Below are positions 1 to 8,667 of a stretch of DNA of 38,971 bases, piece by piece (position 1 is the first letter of the stretch; every line of letters starts with the position of its first letter). The stretch is from positions 1-38,971 of the forward strand of contig CAILMU010000240.1 of the NCBI GenBank assembly GCA_903835325.1, read 5' to 3'. The DNA is from an uncultured Candidatus Micrarchaeota archaeon (lineage in GTDB: Archaea; Micrarchaeota; Micrarchaeia; Anstonellales; Bilamarchaeaceae). The position numbers were made by a program, and so were the translations under genes. The notes under the pieces were generated by a model that was not told the origin of the DNA, searched no databases, and was given only the letters and a program-made list of their open reading frames with translations.

Positions 1-1765
1 GTATCTTCTTGCCCTCTTCCAGGTCCCGCTCCTCCATGAATGGCAGTCTTGCCCCGCTCGAGTAGCTGCCCATCCCGCCAGTGTTACCACAGATGGCTAC
101 ACGACCGTTTCTCCTTACCAAAACGAATCCGGTCGAAACATTTACGCACCCAACATAGCCGTTGTACCTAATTTTCCGTATGTGTTTTTTTCTTATCGAG
201 GTCTTTGTTCTATTTTTCATCTCGATAGAATAAACCGGATTCGCCTTATATGTTCTATGATTGAGAGGATTTTTCATCGTGGTGCGTTTATCTGTCACGA
301 TGATGCCGTTGCACCCGATCTTGGCCAGCACTTCTTGGATATCATCTATCAGTCGTTTTGACGCGCTATGAAATCGTTGTTTCCCCATATGGATATCGCC
401 GTCGCCCATGCAGAAATATTTCAGGAATTCCCGGATGGTTCTTTCATCAGAATTCTTGATATAATCCGGCACAAACTTATGATAGCAATCCCCGAAAGGT
501 AAAAGGAATCGTGCTAATTGAGCTGAATTTGTTCTAAATTTGCCATTGTTATTTTCATAAATGAACTCGAATGGGAATTCTTTGAGCACTTTTTCCATCG
601 CTTTTAAATGCCTAGATTTTTTTGTTTGGCAAATATATACTCTCCCTCTGCCTTGGCGGTCAACTTGGGAATATCCTTCAGAAAGAAATAATGCCAAAAA
701 CCGGACCCATTTTATGAACGTAATCTTCTTTCTCCTGAAATTGAAATGTTTCTTAAGCTGTGGAATCGAGTAGTTTTTGTGGGCCACGCCATCCCATTTA
801 GCGCTCTGGAGAATAAAATGTTCTCCTTTGTATTCTTGCGCTTCTAAAACAAAAACCTTTTTCCTGCCTTTTCTTTGTTGCAGAAGCATTCTATGATTGG
901 GAGTTACAATAAGATCTACGTCTCTATTTTTGAAATTAATCATTTGGCCGGCATATTTCATCCAATATATTTTCTTTGGTTTTTGGAACTGGAATTTTTT
1001 CAAATATTTATCATACACCATGACTTTATCGCTGGATTTCAATTTATCAAAGGTTTTCCATCCGTCATCCGTTAGTACCTCTGTGTCTGAAGAGTAGCAA
1101 TTCGGCCCGCGGTCGTTTTCCCACGCCCTTTTATGGTCCTGCACAGGGGGCATGGCGCAAATAGAGGAACCGTCCGAGAAGCATTGCAGGGTGAATTCCT
1201 CGCCGACAAGCTTCTCCTCTATCAGGACGCTCCCGTCCTTTTTGATGAGGGAATCGGCATATGCTATCTTCTCGCTGATATCAGTGAAATGGTCTCCGCT
1301 CACCTTGACGCCTTTGCCTCCGGTGAGGCCGAGAGGCTTGATGGCGACCATGCCGTAGTCTTTTATCACGCGCTCAGCGTCTTCCTTTGTCTTCACGACT
1401 TCGTGCTTGGGGGAGCCGGGGACCTTGTGGCGCTCGAGCAGGAAGCGCATGAAGGATTTGTCCCATTCTATCCTGGATGCGGCTTTCGTCGGAGATGCGA
1501 CAGCCGTGCCGGCAGCCTCCAGTGCGTCGCTCACCCCCGCTTCAAGGGTGGCATCAGGGCTCGCGAAACCAAGGTCGAACGATCTGCCGGAAATAGCCTT
1601 GGAAACCGCACCCGCATTCTCGATATCGCATATCCAGTGCTTCTTGGCAAGGTTAGCGATGGCAGGGTTCTTCTTCGACATCACGGCATAGAGCTCGGCA
1701 TCCTCAGCAAGCCGTTCGGCTATGATATGCTCCCGCGCCCCGTTGCCGATAAGTAAGACCCGCAT
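1..1765 (-). CDS. purD: Phosphoribosylamine--glycine ligase (GAR synthetase), intein-containing, 3' end runs off the window
   Basis: Manual translation from ATG 1765: MRVLLIGNGAREHIIA...IEWDKSFMR...AIKPLGLTGGKGV...LIEEKLVGEEFT...VQDHKRAWENDRGPN/[intein]/TGGMGSYS. These are PurD motifs. Absent from the ORF track because there is no stop in the window. Confidence 0.95.
   Translation of the reverse strand, partial: MRVLLIGNGAREHIIAERLAEDAELYAVMSKKNPAIANLAKKHWICDIENAGAVSKAISGRSFDLGFASPDATLEAGVSDALEAAGTAVASPTKAASRIEWDKSFMRFLLERHKVPGSPKHEVVKTKEDAERVIKDYGMVAIKPLGLTGGKGVKVSGDHFTDISEKIAYADSLIKKDGSVLIEEKLVGEEFTLQCFSDGSSICAMPPVQDHKRAWENDRGPNCYSSDTEVLTDDGWKTFDKLKSSDKVMVYDKYLKKFQFQKPKKIYWMKYAGQMINFKNRDVDLIVTPNHRMLLQQRKGRKKVFVLEAQEYKGEHFILQSAKWDGVAHKNYSIPQLKKHFNFRRKKITFIKWVRFLALFLSEGYSQVDRQGRGRVYICQTKKSRHLKAMEKVLKEFPFEFIYENNNGKFRTNSAQLARFLLPFGDCYHKFVPDYIKNSDERTIREFLKYFCMGDGDIHMGKQRFHSASKRLIDDIQEVLAKIGCNGIIVTDKRTTMKNPLNHRTYKANPVYSIEMKNRTKTSIRKKHIRKIRYNGYVGCVNVSTGFVLVRRNGRVAICGNTGGMGSYSSGARLPFMEERDLEEGKKI
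83..1099 (-). mobile_element. Intein (339 aa) with LAGLIDADG homing endonuclease, in frame within purD
   Basis: Starts CYSSDTEVLTDDGW (block A), has VTPNHRM (block B), FLALFLSEGY and FLKYFCMGDG (LAGLIDADG-like), ends VAICGN with +1 Thr. Length 1017 nt, in frame. AT-rich: 19/60 GC at 901-960 vs 32/60 at 1441-1500. Confidence 0.95.
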
Positions 1766-1787
1766 GGGTATCTCTAGGCGTGAAGAG

Positions 1788-1796
1788 ATTAAAAAA
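1788..1796 (-). promoter_or_regulatory. TATA box of purD (leaderless spacing)
   Basis: TTTTTTAAT on the minus strand, 23-31 nt upstream of ATG 1765. Confidence 0.55.
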
Positions 1797-1819
1797 CGAT
1801 AGTTGATCCGCTCTCTTTT

Positions 1820-2146
1820 CTATTTGCTCCCCAAGAGATCCGCGATGGAATCCATGAACGATTTCTTGAGAGGCTTCTTTATCGAGAACGTCCGGACTAT
1901 CGGGTAGTGCCTGACGATCTCGAAATTGAATTCCGATGAATCGGAATTGTAGGCGTTGGTATCGGCGCTGCCATCATCGGGCGCATATGCCTTCGGTTTC
2001 GAGCGCTCGGGCTTCTTCCCTTGTTTCTTGGTGCCTCTGCGCTCGTCCGCTTTCACCGCAAGGCGCGCTTCCGGCGAGTCCGGGTCCTCTTTCTCATCCG
2101 TAGGATCCACCCAGGAATCGTCTTCCATGCTTGAGCTGCCTTTCAT
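1820..2146 (-). CDS. Small hypothetical protein, largely disordered, last gene of the ATPase operon
   Basis: 108-aa ORF with an ATGA overlap with the upstream gene; charged low-complexity N-part and a hydrophobic C-terminal segment. Confidence 0.65.
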   Translation of the reverse strand: MKGSSSMEDDSWVDPTDEKEDPDSPEARLAVKADERRGTKKQGKKPERSKPKAYAPDDGSADTNAYNSDSSEFNFEIVRHYPIVRTFSIKKPLKKSFMDSIADLLGSK

Positions 2147-2859
2147 TCGAAACGCCTCCGGATGTAGCCTCCATGAAGAAGCAGGTTCAGGCCGTCCTCG
2201 GCCCTGGTGTGGACGATGTTGTTGGCTTTCGCGAATTCCTTGATGTCAATCGTTCCGCCATGCATCTTTATCCAGTTGAAAAGCGATTCCTTGAGAAGGT
2301 CGTCGCTCATGCCGTTCATTTTCGAGATGCGCTTCTCGAGCTCCTCGCGTTTCTGCTCGCATTCGAGAAGTATCCTCGTGTTCGCCTCGCTCGAGCGGAC
2401 CAGGTCGTTGTATTTGGCGACCAGGTCGGTGTGCCTGGCCTGGAGTTCTGTGAACTGGGTCGACATCTCGGACGCGTCATGGTCTACGACTTTGGAAAGC
2501 TCTGTTATCACTTCATTCACTGAGGAATAGACGCAGCTCGGAGCGATGCTGTAGTATTCCTCTGATACCCGCAGGATGTTCAGGAAGGTCGGAAGCACCT
2601 CGATGAGGCGGCTTACCCGGCTGCGGTTCTCAGGGATGGAGAAGACGAGCTCTATCTCGTCAGGGCGGAACTCTATCTGATATTCCAGATACGGGTTGCC
2701 CCGGAGATCCTGGCCCTTTATCTTCTCTATCGAGAGCGTGTCGCTCATGAACGCTATCTTGCTGAAACCAAGGCCGCTGAAGAGGCCGGCTAATGGCTTC
2801 AGGCTGCCTTTTCGGCTGGCCGCTATCCTTATCCTTTCCTCATCCGGCATTTGAATCAT
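2143..2859 (-). CDS. Coiled-coil protein with C-terminal winged-helix domain (start uncertain: 2868, 2859 or 2850)
   Basis: Heptad-like region (FTELQARHTDLVAKYNDL...KREELEKRISKM) followed by LFNWIKMHGGTIDIKEFAK...LNLLLHGGYI. Overlaps the ATPase stop. Confidence 0.8.
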   Translation of the reverse strand: MIQMPDEERIRIAASRKGSLKPLAGLFSGLGFSKIAFMSDTLSIEKIKGQDLRGNPYLEYQIEFRPDEIELVFSIPENRSRVSRLIEVLPTFLNILRVSEEYYSIAPSCVYSSVNEVITELSKVVDHDASEMSTQFTELQARHTDLVAKYNDLVRSSEANTRILLECEQKREELEKRISKMNGMSDDLLKESLFNWIKMHGGTIDIKEFAKANNIVHTRAEDGLNLLLHGGYIRRRFE

Positions 2860-4306
2860 CCAACACAACGTTGACGACGCCTTTCGTGGCTTTCCTCATC
2901 TTCACCAGCGAGAACACCTTGATGAGGTTCTTCTCATCGATACCGAGCTGGCGGAGGAACGATATTATAGACGGCCTGGAATAGCCGAACTTCTCCAATA
3001 TGGCGACAAGCTTCTCGCCATCGAGCATACCGTCGCCCTTCTCGAACTCCCGTTTAAGCATGCTGAGCTGGCTCTCGTTCAGGCCGAATTCGTATAGCAT
3101 CCTGACAAACTGCTCCCGTTCAATCTCAACGTCCATATCCCCACCATGTATCCTGAACAATAGCAATGGCTCTTCGCCGTCTATCTTATCCATCAAGAAC
3201 GTCATGACTCTGGATTGCCTTGCCGAGAAAATCATGTTCACGGCGGCATCGCCTACACCGAAACGGGATATCTCCGAATCGATGAAGTTCGAATATCCGA
3301 CGGATGCGCGCACATAGTCCCTGAACTCCTTGAGGACAAGGCGCAGGACGAATATCGTCCCGATGTTGCTGAATATCGTCTTATGGATGTCCGTCGGGTT
3401 CTGGGTCGCGACTATCAATGAGAAGTTGTACTTGCGGCCTTCGCGGACAATCGTGATGACATCGCTCCGTTCATCCTGGGCTATCTTCCAGGCTTCGTCC
3501 AGGACCACGAAGAGGCGCACGCGCTTGTCTTCCTCCTTCAGGCTTTCCGAACGCATTATCTCCTTGATATATTGCAGTATCGTGAGCCCTGCTAGGCTCC
3601 TCATCTCCTCTGTCGGGAGGTTGTGGAGGTCTATGCAGACAAGGCCGCTCCTGGTCAAGGTCTTGAGGTCGAAAGTCGAGGTGCCTGCGAAGAAATCCGT
3701 GCCTTCTGATGTGAAGCGCTTCAAGAGGCGCGCGGCTTTCTTGTCGCCCTTGTCTTCGAGGACTTCGACGACATCCAATAATGTCGGCTTGTTGCCCTTG
3801 CCTTCTTTCACCTTGCGGTCATAGACGGCTTCGAGCGCCTCTTCGATATGGTCCCTCTCGTTCGGATAGCTCTTGAGGTCGCAGAGTATGTCGAGCGAGG
3901 ACACTATCTGCTTTATCCTGCTCCGTGAATTCGTGCCGACCAGGTCGAGTATGTTGAGGCGCTCCTCGCCGAGGTTGATGACCTTTCCCCCGGCCTGTTT
4001 CACCCAGCGGTCGTATTCCCCGACCCAGTCAAGGATGATGGCGTTCGTGTTCCAGATGAGGGAGGCCCGGGTGAGGAATGTCTTCACAGTGTAGGATTTG
4101 CCGGCGCCGGTTATACCCAAAATCGCGATATGAGGGTTGATGAGTTTGCTGGGGTCCCAGAAGACCGGCGTCCTGAGGAACCTTGTCTTGCCGATATAGA
4201 CCCCGTCGCTGGGGGCTGAAAGAAGCAGGTCCTTCCTTGGCTCTGGAGGGTGCACTAGAATCATCTTGCGTGCGACTTCCTTGGAGAGCATGTACGATAG
4301 CTTCAT
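2840..4306 (-). CDS. VirB4/CedB-like (HerA/FtsK superfamily) ATPase
   Basis: NPHIAILGITGAGKS (Walker A), ILDWVGEY, VVLDEAW (Walker B), REGRKYNFSLIVATQ (arginine finger and conserved Gln). Confidence 0.9.
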   Translation of the reverse strand: MKLSYMLSKEVARKMILVHPPEPRKDLLLSAPSDGVYIGKTRFLRTPVFWDPSKLINPHIAILGITGAGKSYTVKTFLTRASLIWNTNAIILDWVGEYDRWVKQAGGKVINLGEERLNILDLVGTNSRSRIKQIVSSLDILCDLKSYPNERDHIEEALEAVYDRKVKEGKGNKPTLLDVVEVLEDKGDKKAARLLKRFTSEGTDFFAGTSTFDLKTLTRSGLVCIDLHNLPTEEMRSLAGLTILQYIKEIMRSESLKEEDKRVRLFVVLDEAWKIAQDERSDVITIVREGRKYNFSLIVATQNPTDIHKTIFSNIGTIFVLRLVLKEFRDYVRASVGYSNFIDSEISRFGVGDAAVNMIFSARQSRVMTFLMDKIDGEEPLLLFRIHGGDMDVEIEREQFVRMLYEFGLNESQLSMLKREFEKGDGMLDGEKLVAILEKFGYSRPSIISFLRQLGIDEKNLIKVFSLVKMRKATKGVVNVVLDDSNAG

Positions 4307-4455
4307 GGGTAACTCCGCTTCATTTGTATATTATTAGCTACTCTTTGCAGGTATTTAAAGGTTGATGGTTGGCAGGACGACGGAAAGATAGGGGGAGATG
4401 AAGGAAAGATGGAAGGAAAATGAATGGAAAGAAAGAAGGGTCGGGAGCTGGGATA

Positions 4456-5823
4456 TCACTCGTTTGCCGGTTGCATATTCAGGAGCTCCTCCAGGCGCGC
4501 CATCACCATATCATAGAACCCGTACGGGAAGGAACGGCACGCGTTCTGCTCCGGGCTTGTCGCATCCTTGGCAGGGCAGCGGTTGTTCACCAGGTTGTGC
4601 GGGTCGGCTATACCACGAAGGCGGTTGGGGGAGTTTGCCCATATCTCAGATGCGCTCGTATCCATGGCATTGCCATGTATGCTGTCCGGCCCATCGGCTC
4701 GTCCCGGGCACATATCCACACGTCCGTTGGCGCGGATAAGGCCGAAGCCGTTCGATGCCTGATTGCACGGGGCAGCGCCGACGTAGGATGCGATTCCTTC
4801 CGAGCGTATCTGCTCTATCGTCTGGATGCCCTTCCTGATGTTGAACAGGTATATCTGGGCATAGAGCTCGATGAGGCGCTCCTGGAACTGGTTCATGACA
4901 GATCTCTGGCGCCCGAGCTGCACAAGGCCCAGGCCGCTCACCATGGTAGGAGTCATTATCACAGGTGTCCCGCGCTCGATGAAGAAGCGGTAGATATCCA
5001 GCGATTCATCGATGTTCTCAGGTACTATCGGGGTATTCGCTGCGCATATCCGGTTTGTCATTCCATCCTTGTAGAAATCCGAAGCGAACAGGTTCTCAAG
5101 AGCTTTCACACGGATTTCATGATAGCCTCTGAGGCCGCGCGACTTCCCATCCACAACCCGCGAGACCAATGCCTGCTGGGTTTCCGGATCGAACGATTGG
5201 AATGAGAACAAGAGGGTGACGTTTCCGCATGCCGCGAGGCGGTCAACGAACTCCTTTGCCGAATTGATCCCCATGTGTCCTTGGTATTTTCTCGCAAGCG
5301 CATCGTTTCCCAGAAGCGCGCCCTTTGTGAAGATGCCGATTGTTATTCCGCGTTTCGCGTACTCCTCGATGATATCGAAAAGCTCCGGGTTCATCAGAAG
5401 CTCGCCCGGGCCGAGGAATTTCACGCTCTCGAAGCGATGATTTTCGCTGGCCGCGATCGCTGCCAGTTGGTCTATCACCCCGAACGTCTCTCTCATCGTC
5501 ATAATCGGGTTCGGGCTCCCATCTGCATTTCGTTTGGCGTATACCGCATCCTGCTCGCTGAAGCACGAGGGGCATCGGTGGACGCAGAGGTCCGGGTGGT
5601 AGCTGGAAAGGAGGGAGTAATCGCTATCCGGGTCGTTGTGCTTGGCGACCAACTCATCTGGGACATGCTCCACATCGGCGGTGTAGCATCCGGGCGTCTC
5701 TGCCCTGACAGGCCAGCCTCTGGTGCTGTTCCTGAATCCCTCTGGGAGCGGCGCATGGCCCGGGAAACGGGCGGGGAATCTTTTCGCAAAAGCTTCCTTG
5801 TGTGCTAACTTGTGGTTTTGCAT
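4456..5823 (-). CDS. Radical SAM enzyme with SPASM/Twitch-like C-terminal domain
   Basis: CVHRCPSC (CxxxCxxC), GPGELL motif, and C-terminal PC...IRANGRVDMCP...GN...SEIW...C pattern. Confidence 0.85.
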   Translation of the reverse strand: MQNHKLAHKEAFAKRFPARFPGHAPLPEGFRNSTRGWPVRAETPGCYTADVEHVPDELVAKHNDPDSDYSLLSSYHPDLCVHRCPSCFSEQDAVYAKRNADGSPNPIMTMRETFGVIDQLAAIAASENHRFESVKFLGPGELLMNPELFDIIEEYAKRGITIGIFTKGALLGNDALARKYQGHMGINSAKEFVDRLAACGNVTLLFSFQSFDPETQQALVSRVVDGKSRGLRGYHEIRVKALENLFASDFYKDGMTNRICAANTPIVPENIDESLDIYRFFIERGTPVIMTPTMVSGLGLVQLGRQRSVMNQFQERLIELYAQIYLFNIRKGIQTIEQIRSEGIASYVGAAPCNQASNGFGLIRANGRVDMCPGRADGPDSIHGNAMDTSASEIWANSPNRLRGIADPHNLVNNRCPAKDATSPEQNACRSFPYGFYDMVMARLEELLNMQPANE

Positions 5824-5917
5824 GATATGATATGGCTGTTTTTATATAATAAAGATTTTATCAAAAAATGAGCGAAAATGATAGGGATTTAAACTATTTC
5901 AATAAAAATGCAAAATT
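5824..5917. promoter_or_regulatory. AT-rich divergent promoter region between the radical SAM gene and the Lrp/AsnC regulator
   Basis: TTTTTATATAATAAA near 5838-5853 and TTTAAA near 5888-5893, each about 25 nt from a start codon. Confidence 0.6.
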
Positions 5918-6901
5918 ATGGTCGATATAAATAACATCAAGCTCGACAAGGCAGACAGGCTTATTCTGGCTGAGCTGGATAAGAACTGCCGTGTGCCTAC
6001 ATCGAGACTTGCCAAACTCGCCCGGAAATCGCGCCAGAGCATCGAGTATAGGATAAGACGGCTCGTAGAACAGGGCATCATCACAAGCTTCAACGCCTCG
6101 ATAAACCCGCACAGGATGGGCTACAAAATCTACAAGATATATCTCCAGTTGCGCAACCTCCCTAAGGAGAAAGCGGCCCTTTACGCGTATCTCCGAACAT
6201 CCGGCATCGTCTACTGGATGGGAGAGGCTGACGGTGCGTGGGACCTGATTTTCGGCGTCTTCGCGAAATCCGATTACGAATTCTACGCGCTCAAGAACGA
6301 GATGGTATCGCAGTTCGGCCCGATAATCGTGAAGAACTATTACGATGTTCTAGTCGATGTGAAGCAGTACCCGAAGATGTACTTCACCAACGAAATCTCG
6401 AAACCGACCATGTTCGCAGGCGAGATAGTGGTGAACGAGCTCGATGCGCTCGACCATGCGATTCTGGGCGAGATGGTGAACAATGCGAGGATCCCCATAA
6501 CCGAACTAGCGGCGAAAACCAAGTCGAATCCCGCGACGGTCGCGAACAGATTGAAGAGGCTGGAGAAATTAGGTATCATCATCCAATACCGCATCGGGGT
6601 GGACCTCAATAAGCTCGGGCTCGAGTACTACAAGGCTATTCTCCATCTCGACCGGTATACGAAAGAAGACGAGAAGAGGCTCCTGGAATACATGTCCGGC
6701 CTTCCATGCACGCAGTATTTCATCCGCAATATATGGGATATCGAACCTGAGCTGGTCGTTTCGGATTATCATGAATACCGCGAGATAATCGAACGCGTGA
6801 AGGACGAATTCCCGCTTGTCATCAAGAACGTGGAGACCGCTCTGATGAAGAGCGATGAATGGACGCCGGGGTTCAGGAACCTCCTCAAAGCGAAGGTCTA
6901 G
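5918..6901 (+). CDS. Tandem (double) Lrp/AsnC-family transcriptional regulator
   Basis: Two AsnC HTH units: LDKADRLILAELDKNCR...LVEQGII and LDALDHAILGEMVNNAR...LEKLGII, each followed by a RAM-like domain. Confidence 0.9.
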   Translation: MVDINNIKLDKADRLILAELDKNCRVPTSRLAKLARKSRQSIEYRIRRLVEQGIITSFNASINPHRMGYKIYKIYLQLRNLPKEKAALYAYLRTSGIVYWMGEADGAWDLIFGVFAKSDYEFYALKNEMVSQFGPIIVKNYYDVLVDVKQYPKMYFTNEISKPTMFAGEIVVNELDALDHAILGEMVNNARIPITELAAKTKSNPATVANRLKRLEKLGIIIQYRIGVDLNKLGLEYYKAILHLDRYTKEDEKRLLEYMSGLPCTQYFIRNIWDIEPELVVSDYHEYREIIERVKDEFPLVIKNVETALMKSDEWTPGFRNLLKAKV

Positions 6902-6925
6902 CCGCGCTTGTAAAAGCCAGGATAG

Positions 6926-7753
6926 TCATCTTCGTTCTGCGAAGCCCAATGCAGAAATCAGCTGGTTCCGGTAATGCTTGCCTTCATCGATAGTGCGATC
7001 GTATAAGCCGAGGCTCTGCGCCATGCGCTCAAGAGAATTCGGGTTCTTTGGCCTCAAAAGTATCCCGCAGGCGCTCCCCAGCATTTCAAGGACATCCAGG
7101 ACATCGTTCGATAGGACAGCGGAGGTCTGTGGATCGAACGGCAAGCCCGCCGAAGCGAGCAGTTTCGATACGGCAGTCATCTTGGTCATGACAATCGTAT
7201 CGCCATCCATGGAATCCTTTGCGCCGATTATGGTCTCGAATCCTGCGAAATCATGCCCCCTGACCCGCTCGATGCTTCCGATGGCGTGCCTGAAGCCCAG
7301 GCTCCTTGCGACATATTGGGCGCTCATATCCGAGCCTCGCGTTGCGAGGACAGGCGTGATGGCGAAATCCCTCCCGGCCCGAAGAAGAGCCTCCGCAAGG
7401 CCCTTTCGGAAGCCTCCGGAATATTCCAGCTTCTTCATTATATCTGTCCAGTCGGCCTGCCTGAATCCCGCGGCATAGATATCGGCGAATATCGCCATAT
7501 GCAACTGGTCAAGGCCCATCTCCCTGCGTTTGACCTTGCGCGAGTAATCTGCGAGGCGCTCCTTGGCTTCCTCCTTGCCGTATACCCGCTCGAGAGCGAC
7601 CTGCGCCGAATCCTCGGTGGTGAGCGTGCGGTCGATATCGACTATTATCGTCTCTATCCTGGGCATATGTTTCGCCTTGGCCATCGTCCGCCGCATCGCG
7701 AAACGAGCGCTGGATGATGCTACGAGTAAGAATGGATTCTGGTTGATGCCCAT
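6926..7753 (-). CDS. HAD-superfamily hydrolase, phosphoserine-phosphatase-like (start may be downstream)
   Basis: Motif I IIVDIDRTLT, motif II LATRG, a conserved Lys (TK), and a divergent motif IV (SNDVLD). Confidence 0.75.
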   Translation of the reverse strand: MGINQNPFLLVASSSARFAMRRTMAKAKHMPRIETIIVDIDRTLTTEDSAQVALERVYGKEEAKERLADYSRKVKRREMGLDQLHMAIFADIYAAGFRQADWTDIMKKLEYSGGFRKGLAEALLRAGRDFAITPVLATRGSDMSAQYVARSLGFRHAIGSIERVRGHDFAGFETIIGAKDSMDGDTIVMTKMTAVSKLLASAGLPFDPQTSAVLSNDVLDVLEMLGSACGILLRPKNPNSLERMAQSLGLYDRTIDEGKHYRNQLISALGFAERR

Positions 7754-7829
7754 ATATTGATATTACTCTACACAAGTGATTAAAATGGAATGCGAAGAGG
7801 ACGTCGACCCGCGGAAGAACCCCGCCGGT

Positions 7830-8654
7830 TCAGAACAGCGTGTCCTTTATCTCCTCAGATGTCGTCGGCGCGAAGAAGTCCCAGTCGAAGCAGTGTATCA
7901 TCTCAAGGTCGGTCAGTTCCCTGATGTCGCATCCTAAGGAACTCGAAAGTATCGTCTTCAGCTCCTTGGCCTGCCTCGAGACCCTGCTCGTCGCCTCATC
8001 CCGCGTCAAACCGAATGCCGTCGTTGATGCGAAAGCGATTATCTCGACCGGCCTCTCGCCCTGCGTTATCCTTTCCAGAAGCCTGTTCCAGTAGGCGAGC
8101 TCGCGGTCCATGCGCATAGCTTCGTCAGGGGCGATTCGCGCCTCCTTGGATTTCTTCGTCTCGACGATGCTGCGCTTGGTTTTGATGTCATCGATATGGC
8201 CGGAGAGGTCGAGGGTGCTTATCATGAAGCTTATCTTCACGATGTATTTGAGGGAGCTCACAGCCTTCTCGAAGGATTCGAACATCAGGCGCTTCTCCTC
8301 CTGGTCTTTATCCATGGAGCTCTCGTAGAAATTTATCTCCAGGAATTTGGTCGCGTAATACCCCTCGTTAGTCTTGCGGATGATATAATCGCGCGATGGC
8401 GGGATTTCGTAGCCTGCATGCATCTCGACGATGTTGGTCGCTTTTGTTATGGCCGGCATTATCAGGTAGCCGTATTTCCAGAAAGCAAGGCTCACCGTGA
8501 AGCAGACGGCCCCGATCACAGGCCAGAGCGGGTTCCCGTAGAAGAGCGATAGGATTATGCAAAGCACGCCGCCGACCAGGGCGGCAACGGTGATAACGCG
8601 ATTCAGCAGCATATTGATCACATTCGATGCTTGCCAGATAAACCATGCAAGCAT
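7830..8654 (-). CDS. Two-TM membrane protein with TraC/VirB4 N-terminal-like cytoplasmic domain
   Basis: Two N-terminal hydrophobic helices, then FLEINFY...QEEKRLMFESFEKAVSSLKYIVKISF...LDLSGHID, resembling non-ATPase VirB4-associated modules (recognised by eye). Lies 13 nt downstream of the CedA-like gene. Confidence 0.6.
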   Translation of the reverse strand: MLAWFIWQASNVINMLLNRVITVAALVGGVLCIILSLFYGNPLWPVIGAVCFTVSLAFWKYGYLIMPAITKATNIVEMHAGYEIPPSRDYIIRKTNEGYYATKFLEINFYESSMDKDQEEKRLMFESFEKAVSSLKYIVKISFMISTLDLSGHIDDIKTKRSIVETKKSKEARIAPDEAMRMDRELAYWNRLLERITQGERPVEIIAFASTTAFGLTRDEATSRVSRQAKELKTILSSSLGCDIRELTDLEMIHCFDWDFFAPTTSEEIKDTLF

Positions 8655-8667
8655 TATAAAACATCAG

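Noticed and set aside
561-1756. Plus-strand ORFs 561..773, 875..1075, 897..1097, 1133..1756 and others
   Set aside because: They are antisense shadows of purD and its intein on the minus strand.
4380-4445. Purine-rich tract with repeated GGAAAGAT-like words
   Set aside because: Irregular, with no spacer structure; more simply a pyrimidine-rich terminator region of the minus-strand radical SAM gene. Not a CRISPR array.
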